From assembly GCF_000196355.1 (NCBI RefSeq), contig NC_007614.1, positions 1,320,001 to 1,352,000 of the forward strand: DNA of 32,000 nt, written 5' to 3'. The notes beneath the pieces were generated by a model that saw nothing but the letters and a program-made list of their open reading frames with translations, was not told the DNA's origin and searched no databases. Source of the stretch: Nitrosospira multiformis ATCC 25196 (lineage in GTDB: Bacteria > Pseudomonadota > Gammaproteobacteria > Burkholderiales > Nitrosomonadaceae). Made by a program: the position numbers and the translations under genes. This document shows, in pieces, positions 18,898-27,515 of this stretch (position 1 is the first letter of the stretch; each line of letters opens with the position of its first letter).

Positions 18898-20259
18898 ATG
18901 TCCGATGCAAAACCCAGAATTCTGATCGTTGACGACGACACCGATCTGCTTGAGCTGCTGACCATGCGCCTTACAGCGGCGGGATACAAAGTGGACGCCG
19001 TTCCAAGCGCAGAGGCGGCGCTGAACTATCTGGACGTGTCCCGTCCGCAACTGGTCATCAGCGATATGCAGATGAGCGGCATGGACGGCATGGCATTATT
19101 TGAACAAATCCATCGCTCCTTGCCGACCTTGCCGGTGATCATACTCACGGCGCACGGAACGATCCCCGATGCCGTCACGGCTGTCCAGCGAGGGGTATTC
19201 GGCTATCTTGCCAAACCTTTTGACAGCAAGACGTTGCTGGCAAATATCAGTCAGGCGCTCAAGTTCGTTCCGGGCGCCGTATCGCAGAAGGAACTGTCGC
19301 AGGCACCGTGGCGCAAGAATATCATCACTCAGAGCGCCGTCATGGAGGATCTTCTTACCCGGGCGGGACTGGTTGCGGAAGGTGACGCCAGCGTGCTGAT
19401 CTATGGAGAAAGCGGAGTGGGCAAGGAGCTGTTCGCGCATGCCATACATGATGCATCCAAACGATCCGATCATCCGTTCGTGGCGATCAATTGCGCCGCC
19501 ATTCCGGAACAGTTGCTGGAATCCGAGCTGTTCGGGCATGTCAAAGGGGCATTTACCGGGGCTGTCAGGGATCACAAGGGTTTATTCCAGCTGGCCGAGG
19601 GGGGCACTCTCTTTCTCGACGAAATCGGCGATATGCCGGTTTTGCTTCAGGTCAAGCTGTTGCGTGTTCTCCAGGAAAGGCAGGTTCGACCGGTTGGGTC
19701 GGCACAATCGATTCCGGTGGATGTGCGTATTATTTCGGCTACTCACCGCGATCTGAAAACGGAAATCGCTGCTGGAACATTTCGGGAAGACCTGTATTAC
19801 AGACTGGACGTGGTGTCCCTTACCATCCCGGTTCTGGCGCAAAGGCGCGAAGATATTCCTTTACTGGTAAATTACTTCCTCAGCACATTTTCAGAGAAAT
19901 ACCAGAAAAATATCAATGGCTTCTCTCCCGAGGCCATGGAAACACTGGTTGCCGCGTCCTGGCCCGGCAATGTGCGCCAACTCATGAACGTCGTCGAGAG
20001 ATGCGTTGCATTGAGTACTGCGCCCCTTATTTCGCCCGTGCTGGTCTACGATGCGATGCACCGGGAAGAAGAGCAACTCGTGTCTTTCGAGGATGCCCGC
20101 AGAAGTTTTGAACGGGATTATCTGGTGCGCGTACTTAAAATCACCGGAGGAAACGTCACCCAGGCAGCCCGCCTCGCCAAGCGCAACCGCACGGAGTTCT
20201 ACAAGCTGCTGCAGCGATACCAGCTCGATCCATCTGTCTTCAAGCAGGCGCAGGTTTGA
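18898..20259 (+). CDS. glrR: Sigma54-dependent response regulator, GlrR/QseF-like
   Basis: Receiver ILIVDDDTDLLELL..VISDMQMSGMDGM; AAA+ GESGVGKELFAHAIH, ESELFGHVKGAFTGA, LFLDEIGDMP; C-terminal HTH TQAARLAKRNRTEFYKLLQRYQLDP. Confidence 0.9.
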   Translation: MSDAKPRILIVDDDTDLLELLTMRLTAAGYKVDAVPSAEAALNYLDVSRPQLVISDMQMSGMDGMALFEQIHRSLPTLPVIILTAHGTIPDAVTAVQRGVFGYLAKPFDSKTLLANISQALKFVPGAVSQKELSQAPWRKNIITQSAVMEDLLTRAGLVAEGDASVLIYGESGVGKELFAHAIHDASKRSDHPFVAINCAAIPEQLLESELFGHVKGAFTGAVRDHKGLFQLAEGGTLFLDEIGDMPVLLQVKLLRVLQERQVRPVGSAQSIPVDVRIISATHRDLKTEIAAGTFREDLYYRLDVVSLTIPVLAQRREDIPLLVNYFLSTFSEKYQKNINGFSPEAMETLVAASWPGNVRQLMNVVERCVALSTAPLISPVLVYDAMHREEEQLVSFEDARRSFERDYLVRVLKITGGNVTQAARLAKRNRTEFYKLLQRYQLDPSVFKQAQV

Positions 20260-20329
20260 GAAAAGGAAGGACGGGGCTGAGCGGCACAGGTTCTGCTAGA
20301 GTATCCTCCTTTTTTCCTTCCTGGCCGGA

Positions 20330-20749
20330 TCAGGTCTCGCCGGCGATGGGTCTGCGCTCATCCTCGACATATTGGTCGTCCTTCTTCACGGTAAAGCCCA
20401 ATTCGGTCCACCACCGGACCATGTCAACATAGTCCTCTATGCCGCGGGAAAACGGGCGCAGCCTGGAGGCGGGGATGACATCGACAGGGCGTCGCGTTGC
20501 CTACCACAGATCTAATCGTTGTTTTTTCATTCCCAACGATCTCGCTGTCGATGGTTTCCTTGCCGAAATCATGCCGAATGAATTTATAGGTCCGGAATCG
20601 CGGGGCTTTGGCTTTATTTTTCCGGAATTGTCGCGATTGGGTTCGGCGGGAACGATTCCGGGAGATTCGGGAGCCAGAAAATACGTCTTCTCGCTGTTTC
20701 CTATGTGGGCAATTCCTACTGCCGGATAAATGCGAGCGACCGTTTTCAT
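20330..20749 (-). pseudogene. Decayed LodA/GoxA-like (CTQ-type amine oxidase family) gene, N-terminal and C-terminal parts with the centre deleted
   Basis: Minus strand MKTVARIYPAVGIAHIGNSEKTYFLAPESPGIVPAEPNRDNSGKIKPK, then PRFRTYKFIRHDFGKETIDSEI in another frame, an in-frame TAG at 20501-20503, then RRPVDVIPASRLRPFSRGIEDYVDMVRWWTELGFTVKKDDQYVEDERRPIAGET*. Family assignment is from memory of the LodA N-terminus. Confidence 0.5.
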
Positions 20750-20758
20750 TCGGTCGCT
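20735..20758 (-). repeat. Perfect 8-bp inverted repeat with 8-nt loop containing the remnant's start codon
   Basis: AGCGACCG TTTTCATT CGGTCGCT on the plus strand; the CAT at 20747-20749 is the minus-strand ATG. Confidence 0.6.
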
Positions 20759-21023
20759 TCCTTTCCGTCGATTGTGGAGCGGATATCGGTGACTTCGAAT
20801 CATAGCTACTGCCAGAAATATTCCGTACTTTCTTTGTTGCTGCCGCTTTCCATAATTCTCAGGCGGGTTTGGTGAAATATCCGGGAACTCGCTATGTTCG
20901 GCAGCGAACGGAAAAGGAAGCGAACATCGTACACTCTGTTTGGGATAACCAGATCGTTTTGTCGCATTGCTCCTTTTGCTTTTGTTAATGGGTACCTGCG
21001 TTTAATCACTGGGGATGTGCGCT

Positions 21024-21689
21024 ATGAACTCCTTGTATGATGACGTTTCTGAAGCCCGGGCTGTTCGCATTCCGGCAAGCGGAGTCGTGCTGAATGCCGA
21101 TCTGACGGTGCCGCCCCATCCGCGGGCCATTATTGCCTTCGCTCATGGCAGCGGCAGCAGCCGGCACAGCATTCGCAATCGCTACGTGGCCGAAATGTTG
21201 AACGCATATAACTTCGCCACTCTCCTTGCCGATCTCCTGACTGAAGAGGAGGAGGTCACTGACATGCGCACGCGGCATCTGCGGTTCGATATTCCGATGC
21301 TCGCGGACAGGTTGATCGATATCGCTTCCTGGCTCCAGCAGGAGTCGCAGACGACGGATTTGAAAATAGGCTGGTTTGGGGCGAGCACCGGCGCTGGGGC
21401 AGCGCTGATTGCAGCGGCGCAGCGTCCGGAAAATATCATGGCCGTGGTTTCACGAGGTGGACGTCCTGATCTCGCGGGTGCTTATTTACCGGAGGTTGTA
21501 GCGCCTGTACTTCTCATCGTGGGGGAAAACGATCAGCAGGTTCTGGAGCTGAACAAGGAAGCGCTCGCCCGCCTCAATACCGAATCGAAACTGGAAATCG
21601 TGCCGAAGGCCACTCATCTGTTTGAAGAACCGGGAACGCTGGAGACAGTTGCCGGTCTTGCCGCCGAATGGTTTCAAAACCATTGCTAG
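21024..21689 (+). CDS. Alpha/beta hydrolase (dienelactone hydrolase-like)
   Basis: RAIIAFAHGSGSSRHSIRNRYVAEMLN, IGWFGASTGAGAALIAAA, APVLLIVGENDQQVLELN, KATHLFEEPG. A GTG at 21015 is an alternative start. Confidence 0.85.
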   Translation: MNSLYDDVSEARAVRIPASGVVLNADLTVPPHPRAIIAFAHGSGSSRHSIRNRYVAEMLNAYNFATLLADLLTEEEEVTDMRTRHLRFDIPMLADRLIDIASWLQQESQTTDLKIGWFGASTGAGAALIAAAQRPENIMAVVSRGGRPDLAGAYLPEVVAPVLLIVGENDQQVLELNKEALARLNTESKLEIVPKATHLFEEPGTLETVAGLAAEWFQNHC

Positions 21690-21704
21690 ATCGGCAATAA
21701 AGCC

Positions 21705-21865
21705 ATGTCTGGCGCTGGATATCACTTCGCAGACAGAGCCGAAGCAGGGAGGATACTGGGAGACGCGTTGTCGGTCTACGCTGGAAGAACCGACGTCCTT
21801 GGTTCTGGCGCTTCCGAAGCTGAAAACAACCCTTCGGCGAACAACCGAAACTCCAAAGAGAGCGA
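21705..21865 (+). pseudogene. N-terminal remnant of a phosphoribosyltransferase gene with frameshift and loss of the catalytic part
   Basis: MSGAGYHFADRAEAGRILGDALSVYAGRTDV then, in the +1 frame, LVLALPK. Removing one T near 21799 gives TDVLVLALP, the usual N-terminus that precedes RGGVPV in this family. Confidence 0.6.
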
Positions 21866-21927
21866 CTTAAGGGGAGACGGAGGGAATTGCAGGATTCCGT
21901 CGCCTGAGGCTCGAGGAGGATTTCATT

Positions 21928-23301
21928 ATGGCTAATATCGATTTTGATTACCATTTGATCGATGTGCTGGAGCAGGACGCGCATACTGTTGCGGAATACA
22001 GTGCAGGTCATGAGTTGATCCGCGCGGTACGCGAGCATGTGCAGGGGAAAAAGTTTGTCCTGATCGGTGAAGCAAGCCACGGTACAGCCGAATTTTATCG
22101 CCTGCGTGCTGAAATTACTCAACACCTCATTGTCGAGGACGGATTCGACGCTGTTGCGGTCGAGGCGGACTGGCCGGATGCCTATCGGGTCAACCGTTTT
22201 GTTGCCGACCGTTCGGAAGATAAGGATGCGGATGCAGCATTGTCCAATTTCGAACGGTTTCCCACGTGGATGTGGAGGAATACCGAGGTATTCGCTTTCA
22301 TCACATGGTTGCGCAACTATAACCAGGAGACGGGGAGACACAAGCGCGAGCAACAGGAACCGGTGGGGTTTTATGGACTCGATTTATACAGTATGACAAC
22401 CTCGATGCGGGCAGTGCTGGCATATCTGGAAAAGATCGATCCGGAAGAAGCTCGCGCCGCCCGGGCACGCTACCGTTGCTTTGGCCAATTCATCGAAAAT
22501 CCGCAGGCGTATGGTTATGCCATTGCGTCCGGGCGGTGGGATTCGTGCGAACAGGAAGTGATCGCACAGCTTATGCAGCTTCAGCGAAAAGGACGGCTTT
22601 ACGTTGAAAAGGATGGGGTTTTTGCCGGAAATGAATATTTCTCGGCGCAGCAGAATGCCGAGCTGGTAAAAAATGCGGAGGAGTATTATCGCGCCATGTT
22701 CAGGGGAAGGCCCAATACATGGAACCTGAGAGACCGGCACATGTTCGAGACGCTCGAAAAGCTCGCCAGCCATCTGGAAGACCGACTGAAGCGGGAAGCG
22801 CGCATCATTGTCTGGGCCCACAATTCTCATCTGGGCAATGCGGCGGCCACCGAAATGGGGCGGCGGGGCGAATTCAACATCGGCCAGCTCGTTACCGAGA
22901 AATATCCGGATAAGTCATTCCGCATCGGATTTTCGACGAGCCGGGGCAGCGTGACTGCGGCAACTGATTGGGATGGACCCGCCGAAACGAAAACCGTTCG
23001 CGAACCGGTTGCAGGCAGTTACGAAGAAATTTTTTCGCAACTGGCCAAGAAACGTTTCTTTTTCGATCTCACTACTGACGGCGAAGCCATGGAGTTTCTA
23101 CGGGAGGAGCGGCTGCAACGGGCTATCGGAGTGATCTACCGGCCTGAAACCGAGAGGATGAGCCATTACTTCTATGCCTGTCTCCCGTGGCAATTCGATT
23201 TCATGATTCATATCGACAAGACGGAAGCGCTACAACCGTTGCCCGCATTCGTCCGCCGCCGGGCGGGTGAAATGGATGAGACCTATCCTTCAGGCTTGTA
23301 G
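21928..23301 (+). CDS. Erythromycin esterase family protein
   Basis: FVLIGEASHGTAEFYRLRAEITQHLIVEDGFDAVAVEADWPDAYRVNRFV, GFYGLDLYSM, RIIVWAHNSHLGNAAATEMG, VIYRPETERMSHYF. Confidence 0.92.
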   Translation: MANIDFDYHLIDVLEQDAHTVAEYSAGHELIRAVREHVQGKKFVLIGEASHGTAEFYRLRAEITQHLIVEDGFDAVAVEADWPDAYRVNRFVADRSEDKDADAALSNFERFPTWMWRNTEVFAFITWLRNYNQETGRHKREQQEPVGFYGLDLYSMTTSMRAVLAYLEKIDPEEARAARARYRCFGQFIENPQAYGYAIASGRWDSCEQEVIAQLMQLQRKGRLYVEKDGVFAGNEYFSAQQNAELVKNAEEYYRAMFRGRPNTWNLRDRHMFETLEKLASHLEDRLKREARIIVWAHNSHLGNAAATEMGRRGEFNIGQLVTEKYPDKSFRIGFSTSRGSVTAATDWDGPAETKTVREPVAGSYEEIFSQLAKKRFFFDLTTDGEAMEFLREERLQRAIGVIYRPETERMSHYFYACLPWQFDFMIHIDKTEALQPLPAFVRRRAGEMDETYPSGL

Positions 23302-23397
23302 GAGACCGCGTTTCTCGATTCTCAAGGTGGCGGTGCAGAAAGCGAAGCGCACTGCCAGTCTGGATATGCCGCATATCTACTGAACGGAGATTCGAAA

Positions 23398-24465
23398 ATG
23401 AAAAATGAAATGGGAAAAGTTTCTCCCCTTGAAAAAGATATATTGGATGCAGCTATCAAATCGGTAAATGCAGCACATTCCCGTCCATCAGTTATCGAAA
23501 AAAACGGAAAGCATGAATCCTCAGCTGTAAGTGCTGATTGTCAGAGTCTTCTGGAACGAATGCTCGCGGTAGGCGGAATCGACCAAATCGAAATGGAGCA
23601 ATGCAGTGAGCGCAATGGCAATGAAATGCGCGCAATCTTTAACAAAAAGAAGCAGTCGTTCATTGATCGATCTAACATTATTGCCCAGCAATATGATCGG
23701 CTCACTCGCCAAAGCCAAGGAATACTCTCTCATTTAGGAATTTTTGCTAAGGCTCAGTTCCTGATTACATTAGATGTAGCAGACGCTATTGTCTTAAATC
23801 CACCCATCAGCCAAAGATCTGATGATTTTGAGATTGACATAAAGAGTGATCCCCCCGCTAGTAATCATAATTTTATAAAAGCTTATATGTTCAGTGATAC
23901 GCCATTCCATCTCGGACCCCGATTCTGTATCCCTGGCTACGCTGAATTTACTGCGGATTTCTATTTCCACTGGACAGCTAACGTAGATGCTTACGTAAAT
24001 GCGGTCACATTTGTGCAGCCAAATGGGACCGGTTTTGTATACTCGGGATGGGATCCCTTTCATTCCAACAAGGAATGCGTCACCTATTCCTCAAGCCTCA
24101 GGTATTTCACTCCGCCGCCTAATTTCGATCTGCATCAAAATTCAGAAGGCTGTCTTATCAGTAACCTTGCTAATACAGCCAGCCAGACTTCTGATCAGTA
24201 TGATTATTGCGCAGAAACCGGCCCGTTCGATTTTTTAGGAGCTGCCAATCATGGGTATCTAAGTGACCAGTCAACACTGTTTGATAATAGTCAATTCTAT
24301 CTTCCCGCTGGCTATACCCTCATTTTCGTGGTCGGGGTAAAAGGCTCGTTTCTCCAAATGGGATGCCAACCTGCCATTCAAGAGATAGATTTCTACAAGG
24401 GTGATTTTGGAATTAATGTCCCTGGCGTGTTCTTGGGGGTGTTTCCTGTATCTCCGATTCCCTAG
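23398..24465 (+). CDS. Hypothetical protein with no recognisable domain
   Basis: Uninterrupted 355 codons with ATG, AT-richer than neighbours, several Cys and aromatic residues in the C-terminal two thirds; no family recognised. Confidence 0.6.
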   Translation: MKNEMGKVSPLEKDILDAAIKSVNAAHSRPSVIEKNGKHESSAVSADCQSLLERMLAVGGIDQIEMEQCSERNGNEMRAIFNKKKQSFIDRSNIIAQQYDRLTRQSQGILSHLGIFAKAQFLITLDVADAIVLNPPISQRSDDFEIDIKSDPPASNHNFIKAYMFSDTPFHLGPRFCIPGYAEFTADFYFHWTANVDAYVNAVTFVQPNGTGFVYSGWDPFHSNKECVTYSSSLRYFTPPPNFDLHQNSEGCLISNLANTASQTSDQYDYCAETGPFDFLGAANHGYLSDQSTLFDNSQFYLPAGYTLIFVVGVKGSFLQMGCQPAIQEIDFYKGDFGINVPGVFLGVFPVSPIP

Positions 24466-25026
24466 TGTCCTGAATTAGAAATTCGCATGCGAACTCGTTC
24501 CAGTTCGGCGCGCCCGTAAACTTTGGCGTTATCTGTAACGAGCACGACGTTACCCCACAGGTAACTGCCCTACCTGGAGCGCACCCGTCCCTCACGTTTT
24601 TTGTGGGACTGGGCTGATGGGAGCTCTCATCCCCGCAGGAGGAGTCGATTCCGGTATTCCCAGTCATGCTTTCCTCCTTATACCTGCTGCCTCAACCTGT
24701 CCTTTCTCTACAATCCATCACTGAAATTCCGCCTCCGCTATCTCGATATGAATTCATATTCAATGCCTGATTTTCTTGCTTTTTGATAAAAGCCGTCTAT
24801 TTTAAAAAATATTGCCCTTGTATATAAAAAGAAGCCATGAACAGACAAAAATCAAATCAGTGTAGCGACCAGCGGTGGCGCCGACGGAGGAATCCTATCC
24901 GGGGGTGAGAGTATCCTCGTTCTGATCGAGTTGACCGTGATTTGGATAAAAAATACAAAACGTAGACATCATCAAAAGGGAAAGGGGCAAATGATGTAAC
25001 CACATTACCTGTTGATGGAGGAAGCG

Positions 25027-25818
25027 ATGAAGAAATTGAGTTATGTTGCGTTTCTGGTGGCAGCAGCCCTATTTGGCACAACCCCGGTTTTTGCGCAACA
25101 GAATGATGATAAGGGAGTCGGGGGAGAGGCTGCAAACCGCGCCGTGAACATCAATCTCGGCAGTACCGGAGGGGCGCTGGACAGGGGCGCGCTGAAATCC
25201 GTACGAAAGACGGTGGGGAAGGCTATCAGCGAAGAGACGGTGGATACTTTCGCTGTTTATAGTCCAAGAGCAGGGGGGCCTATTCCGATAGAGGGAGGAT
25301 TGAACGCCTGCGCGGAAGCAGGCTTCAGCTCGAAGCCGGGAGAATTCAAAGCATTCGTCAAGCGTCTGCGTGATATTCGTCCCAAGGCGGGAACGTTCCT
25401 CAATGTGGAGCTCACCGATCAGTGCAAACCTATTGAAGGCGGAGGGGGCGGTGCTGTTTGCGGAGGTATCGCCGGAACACGTTGCCCCGAGGCAAACCAG
25501 TATTGCGACTTTGGGGCCAAATGCAAGATGCCGGACGCACAAGGTCAATGCAAAACCAAGCCCACCATTTGTCCGCAAATCTTCAAGCCTGTTTGTGGAT
25601 GTGACGGCAAGACTTACAGCAACTCATGCACCGCAGCGGCGGCCGGTGTTTCCGTCGAACATGAAGGGGAGTGCAAGAAGTCCGAGCCACAAGCCTGCGG
25701 CGGGATAGCCGGGATACCCTGCCCTGAAGGCCAAGCTTGTATGGATGACCCCAGGGATGATTGCGATCCCACCCGGGGCGGCGCGGACTGTCCGGGAATC
25801 TGCAAGGGTAAAAGATAG
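25027..25818 (+). CDS. Secreted Kazal-type serine protease inhibitor domain protein
   Basis: Signal peptide MKKLSYVAFLVAAALFGTTPVFAQQ; Kazal signature ICPQIFKPVCGCDGKTYSNSCTAAAAGVSVEHEGEC; flanking CGGIAGTRCPEANQYC and CGGIAGIPCPEGQAC modules. ATG at 25027 preferred to the TTG at 25012. Confidence 0.88.
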   Translation: MKKLSYVAFLVAAALFGTTPVFAQQNDDKGVGGEAANRAVNINLGSTGGALDRGALKSVRKTVGKAISEETVDTFAVYSPRAGGPIPIEGGLNACAEAGFSSKPGEFKAFVKRLRDIRPKAGTFLNVELTDQCKPIEGGGGGAVCGGIAGTRCPEANQYCDFGAKCKMPDAQGQCKTKPTICPQIFKPVCGCDGKTYSNSCTAAAAGVSVEHEGECKKSEPQACGGIAGIPCPEGQACMDDPRDDCDPTRGGADCPGICKGKR

Positions 25819-26065
25819 AAGCAACGGGAATACAGGTTAATCTTTGGAGGCCTTATGACTACTCTGGATAAGCAGGTCTTGTTACCCGTGGCGGACAGCT
25901 TATCCGGAGTTTTTCACCCGAACGTTAGACAACGTACAGAGAGATTCCTTGATCAGGTGTTAAAAATCGGAAGGTCCGGCCGTTAGAAAGAGCTAGGCCG
26001 CTTAATCGCAGTGGCACGGTCAAGCGGTACAGGCGCAATCGATCAACAGTTCCAGAGGGAAAATC

Positions 26066-26347
26066 TTGAGCACATCATCTGACAGAGGCAACGCAAGGAT
26101 CAACGAGAGCGGGATCGGCAACCCGGTCGAGAATACAGAAAAAGCGATTACCGATAGCCCGGCAGCAACCGGGTTTTATGGAGCCTACAGGCAGGAGCGG
26201 AGGAAAAGTCATCAAGTGATTTCTACCGCCAGTTATTACCAGGTGGAGCGGCGCGGCAGCACCCGCTATGGGTATGGGGAAACACAGGACTGGTCCGACG
26301 CGGATCCGGAAGCGGATGGAACGCCCTATTCCGGCAGGAATTTTTGA
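26066..26347 (+). CDS. Small hypothetical protein
   Basis: TTG start with purine-rich AGAGGG upstream; 93 codons, hydrophilic product located between the Kazal and Hsp20 genes. Confidence 0.35.
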   Translation: MSTSSDRGNARINESGIGNPVENTEKAITDSPAATGFYGAYRQERRKSHQVISTASYYQVERRGSTRYGYGETQDWSDADPEADGTPYSGRNF

Positions 26348-26501
26348 CAGCGGGAGATGCAGAGATTCAGGCAAAGGATTCAGGGCATGCAATGCGTAAT
26401 GCTGGCAGGATCGAGTGAGACAGAAGAGTGAGATAGAAATGAGGCAGCAAGTGTAGAAAAGGTCGTTCATTTAATTCACATCCATTCGAAAGGAGAAAAC
26501 C

Positions 26502-26951
26502 ATGGCAAACATTGCTCGTCGTTCGCCTCTTGTGGGCGACATCATGCGCTATGACCCGTTTTACAATCTGGATGACTGGTTCAAGAATTGGGGAATGCGT
26601 CCATTCTCGATGGATATGGAAACCACCCCCCAGATCAAGATCGATCTTACCGAAAATGACAATGCCTATACGGTTCGTGCAGACATACCGGGAGTAAAAA
26701 AGGAGGATGTCAAGGTTCAGGTAGAGGGCAATCGTGTTTCCATCAGCTGCGAAACAAAGCAGGAAAAAGAGGAAAAAGAAGGTGAGAGGGTGATTTGCCG
26801 GGAATGCCATCAGGGATCGAGCTACAGGAGTTTCACCCTGGGAAGCGAAGTGGATGAGGCCAGGGCCGAGGCAAAATATGAAAACGGCACATTGGAGCTG
26901 ACGTTGCCGAAGAAGGAGGGAAAAACCGCCAAACGTATCGAGGTGAAATAA
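26502..26951 (+). CDS. Hsp20/alpha-crystallin family small heat shock protein
   Basis: PQIKIDLTENDNAYTVRADIPGVKKEDVKVQVEGNRVSISCE and YENGTLELTLPKKEGKTAKRIEVK. Confidence 0.9.
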   Translation: MANIARRSPLVGDIMRYDPFYNLDDWFKNWGMRPFSMDMETTPQIKIDLTENDNAYTVRADIPGVKKEDVKVQVEGNRVSISCETKQEKEEKEGERVICRECHQGSSYRSFTLGSEVDEARAEAKYENGTLELTLPKKEGKTAKRIEVK

Positions 26952-27014
26952 TCCGGGCAGTGCTCTTCGGGTCATCAGACCGATCGTTCTGCTCCCCATA
27001 ACCGGAGCTCCACC

Positions 27015-27515
27015 ATGACACACTCTCCATTTGTCGGTTTTCGCCAGATTTCACGACATGACAAGCTCTTCAAGGAGCGTATCCACGATCCTTACAGAGC
27101 ACGGCACAAACTGCCTGAACCTGCTGTCTGTCCCAGTTGTGGGGCTGTATTCCATGAGGGACGCTGGCAATGGGGCGAAGCACCCGCAGGCGCTCACCAG
27201 GAAATGTGTGCGGCCTGCCAGCGTATCCGGGATGATTTCCCCGCCGGCTTCGTTACCCTGAGCGGCGGGTTCTATAGCACCCACCGCAATGAAATCATGC
27301 ACATCGTGCACAACGTGGAAAAGCGTGAAAAGGTCGAGCATCCGTTCAATCGCATTATGGCCATTGAAGAAAAAGACGGAGGAACCCTGGTGACGACCAC
27401 CGATATCCACTTGGCGAGAGGCATCGGCGAAGCCGTACACGATGCATATCAGGGCGATCTGGAATTTCACTATAACCCGGAAGAGTATTTGTTGCGCGTG
27501 CACTGGGCGCGTTAG
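27015..27515 (+). CDS. BCAM0308-like protein with two CxxC pairs
   Basis: AVCPSCGAVFHEGRWQWG...HQEMCAACQRIRDDFPAGFVTLSGGF..HRNEIMHIVHNVEKREKVEHPFNRIM. Confidence 0.75.
   Translation: MTHSPFVGFRQISRHDKLFKERIHDPYRARHKLPEPAVCPSCGAVFHEGRWQWGEAPAGAHQEMCAACQRIRDDFPAGFVTLSGGFYSTHRNEIMHIVHNVEKREKVEHPFNRIMAIEEKDGGTLVTTTDIHLARGIGEAVHDAYQGDLEFHYNPEEYLLRVHWAR

Noticed and set aside
19403-20111. Out-of-frame plus ORFs (117 and 206 codons) inside glrR
   Set aside because: The canonical response regulator frame is continuous with all AAA+ motifs; these are shadow frames.
20439-20729. 96-codon plus-strand ORF between glrR and the hydrolase
   Set aside because: Antisense to the LodA-like remnant, which explains the protein-like character on the opposite strand better.
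25860-25986. Open frame after the Kazal gene reading DSLDKQVLLPVADSLSGVFHPNVRQRTERFLDQVLKIGRSGR*
   Set aside because: No start codon or ribosome-binding site in frame and too short to assign; could be a remnant but unsupported.
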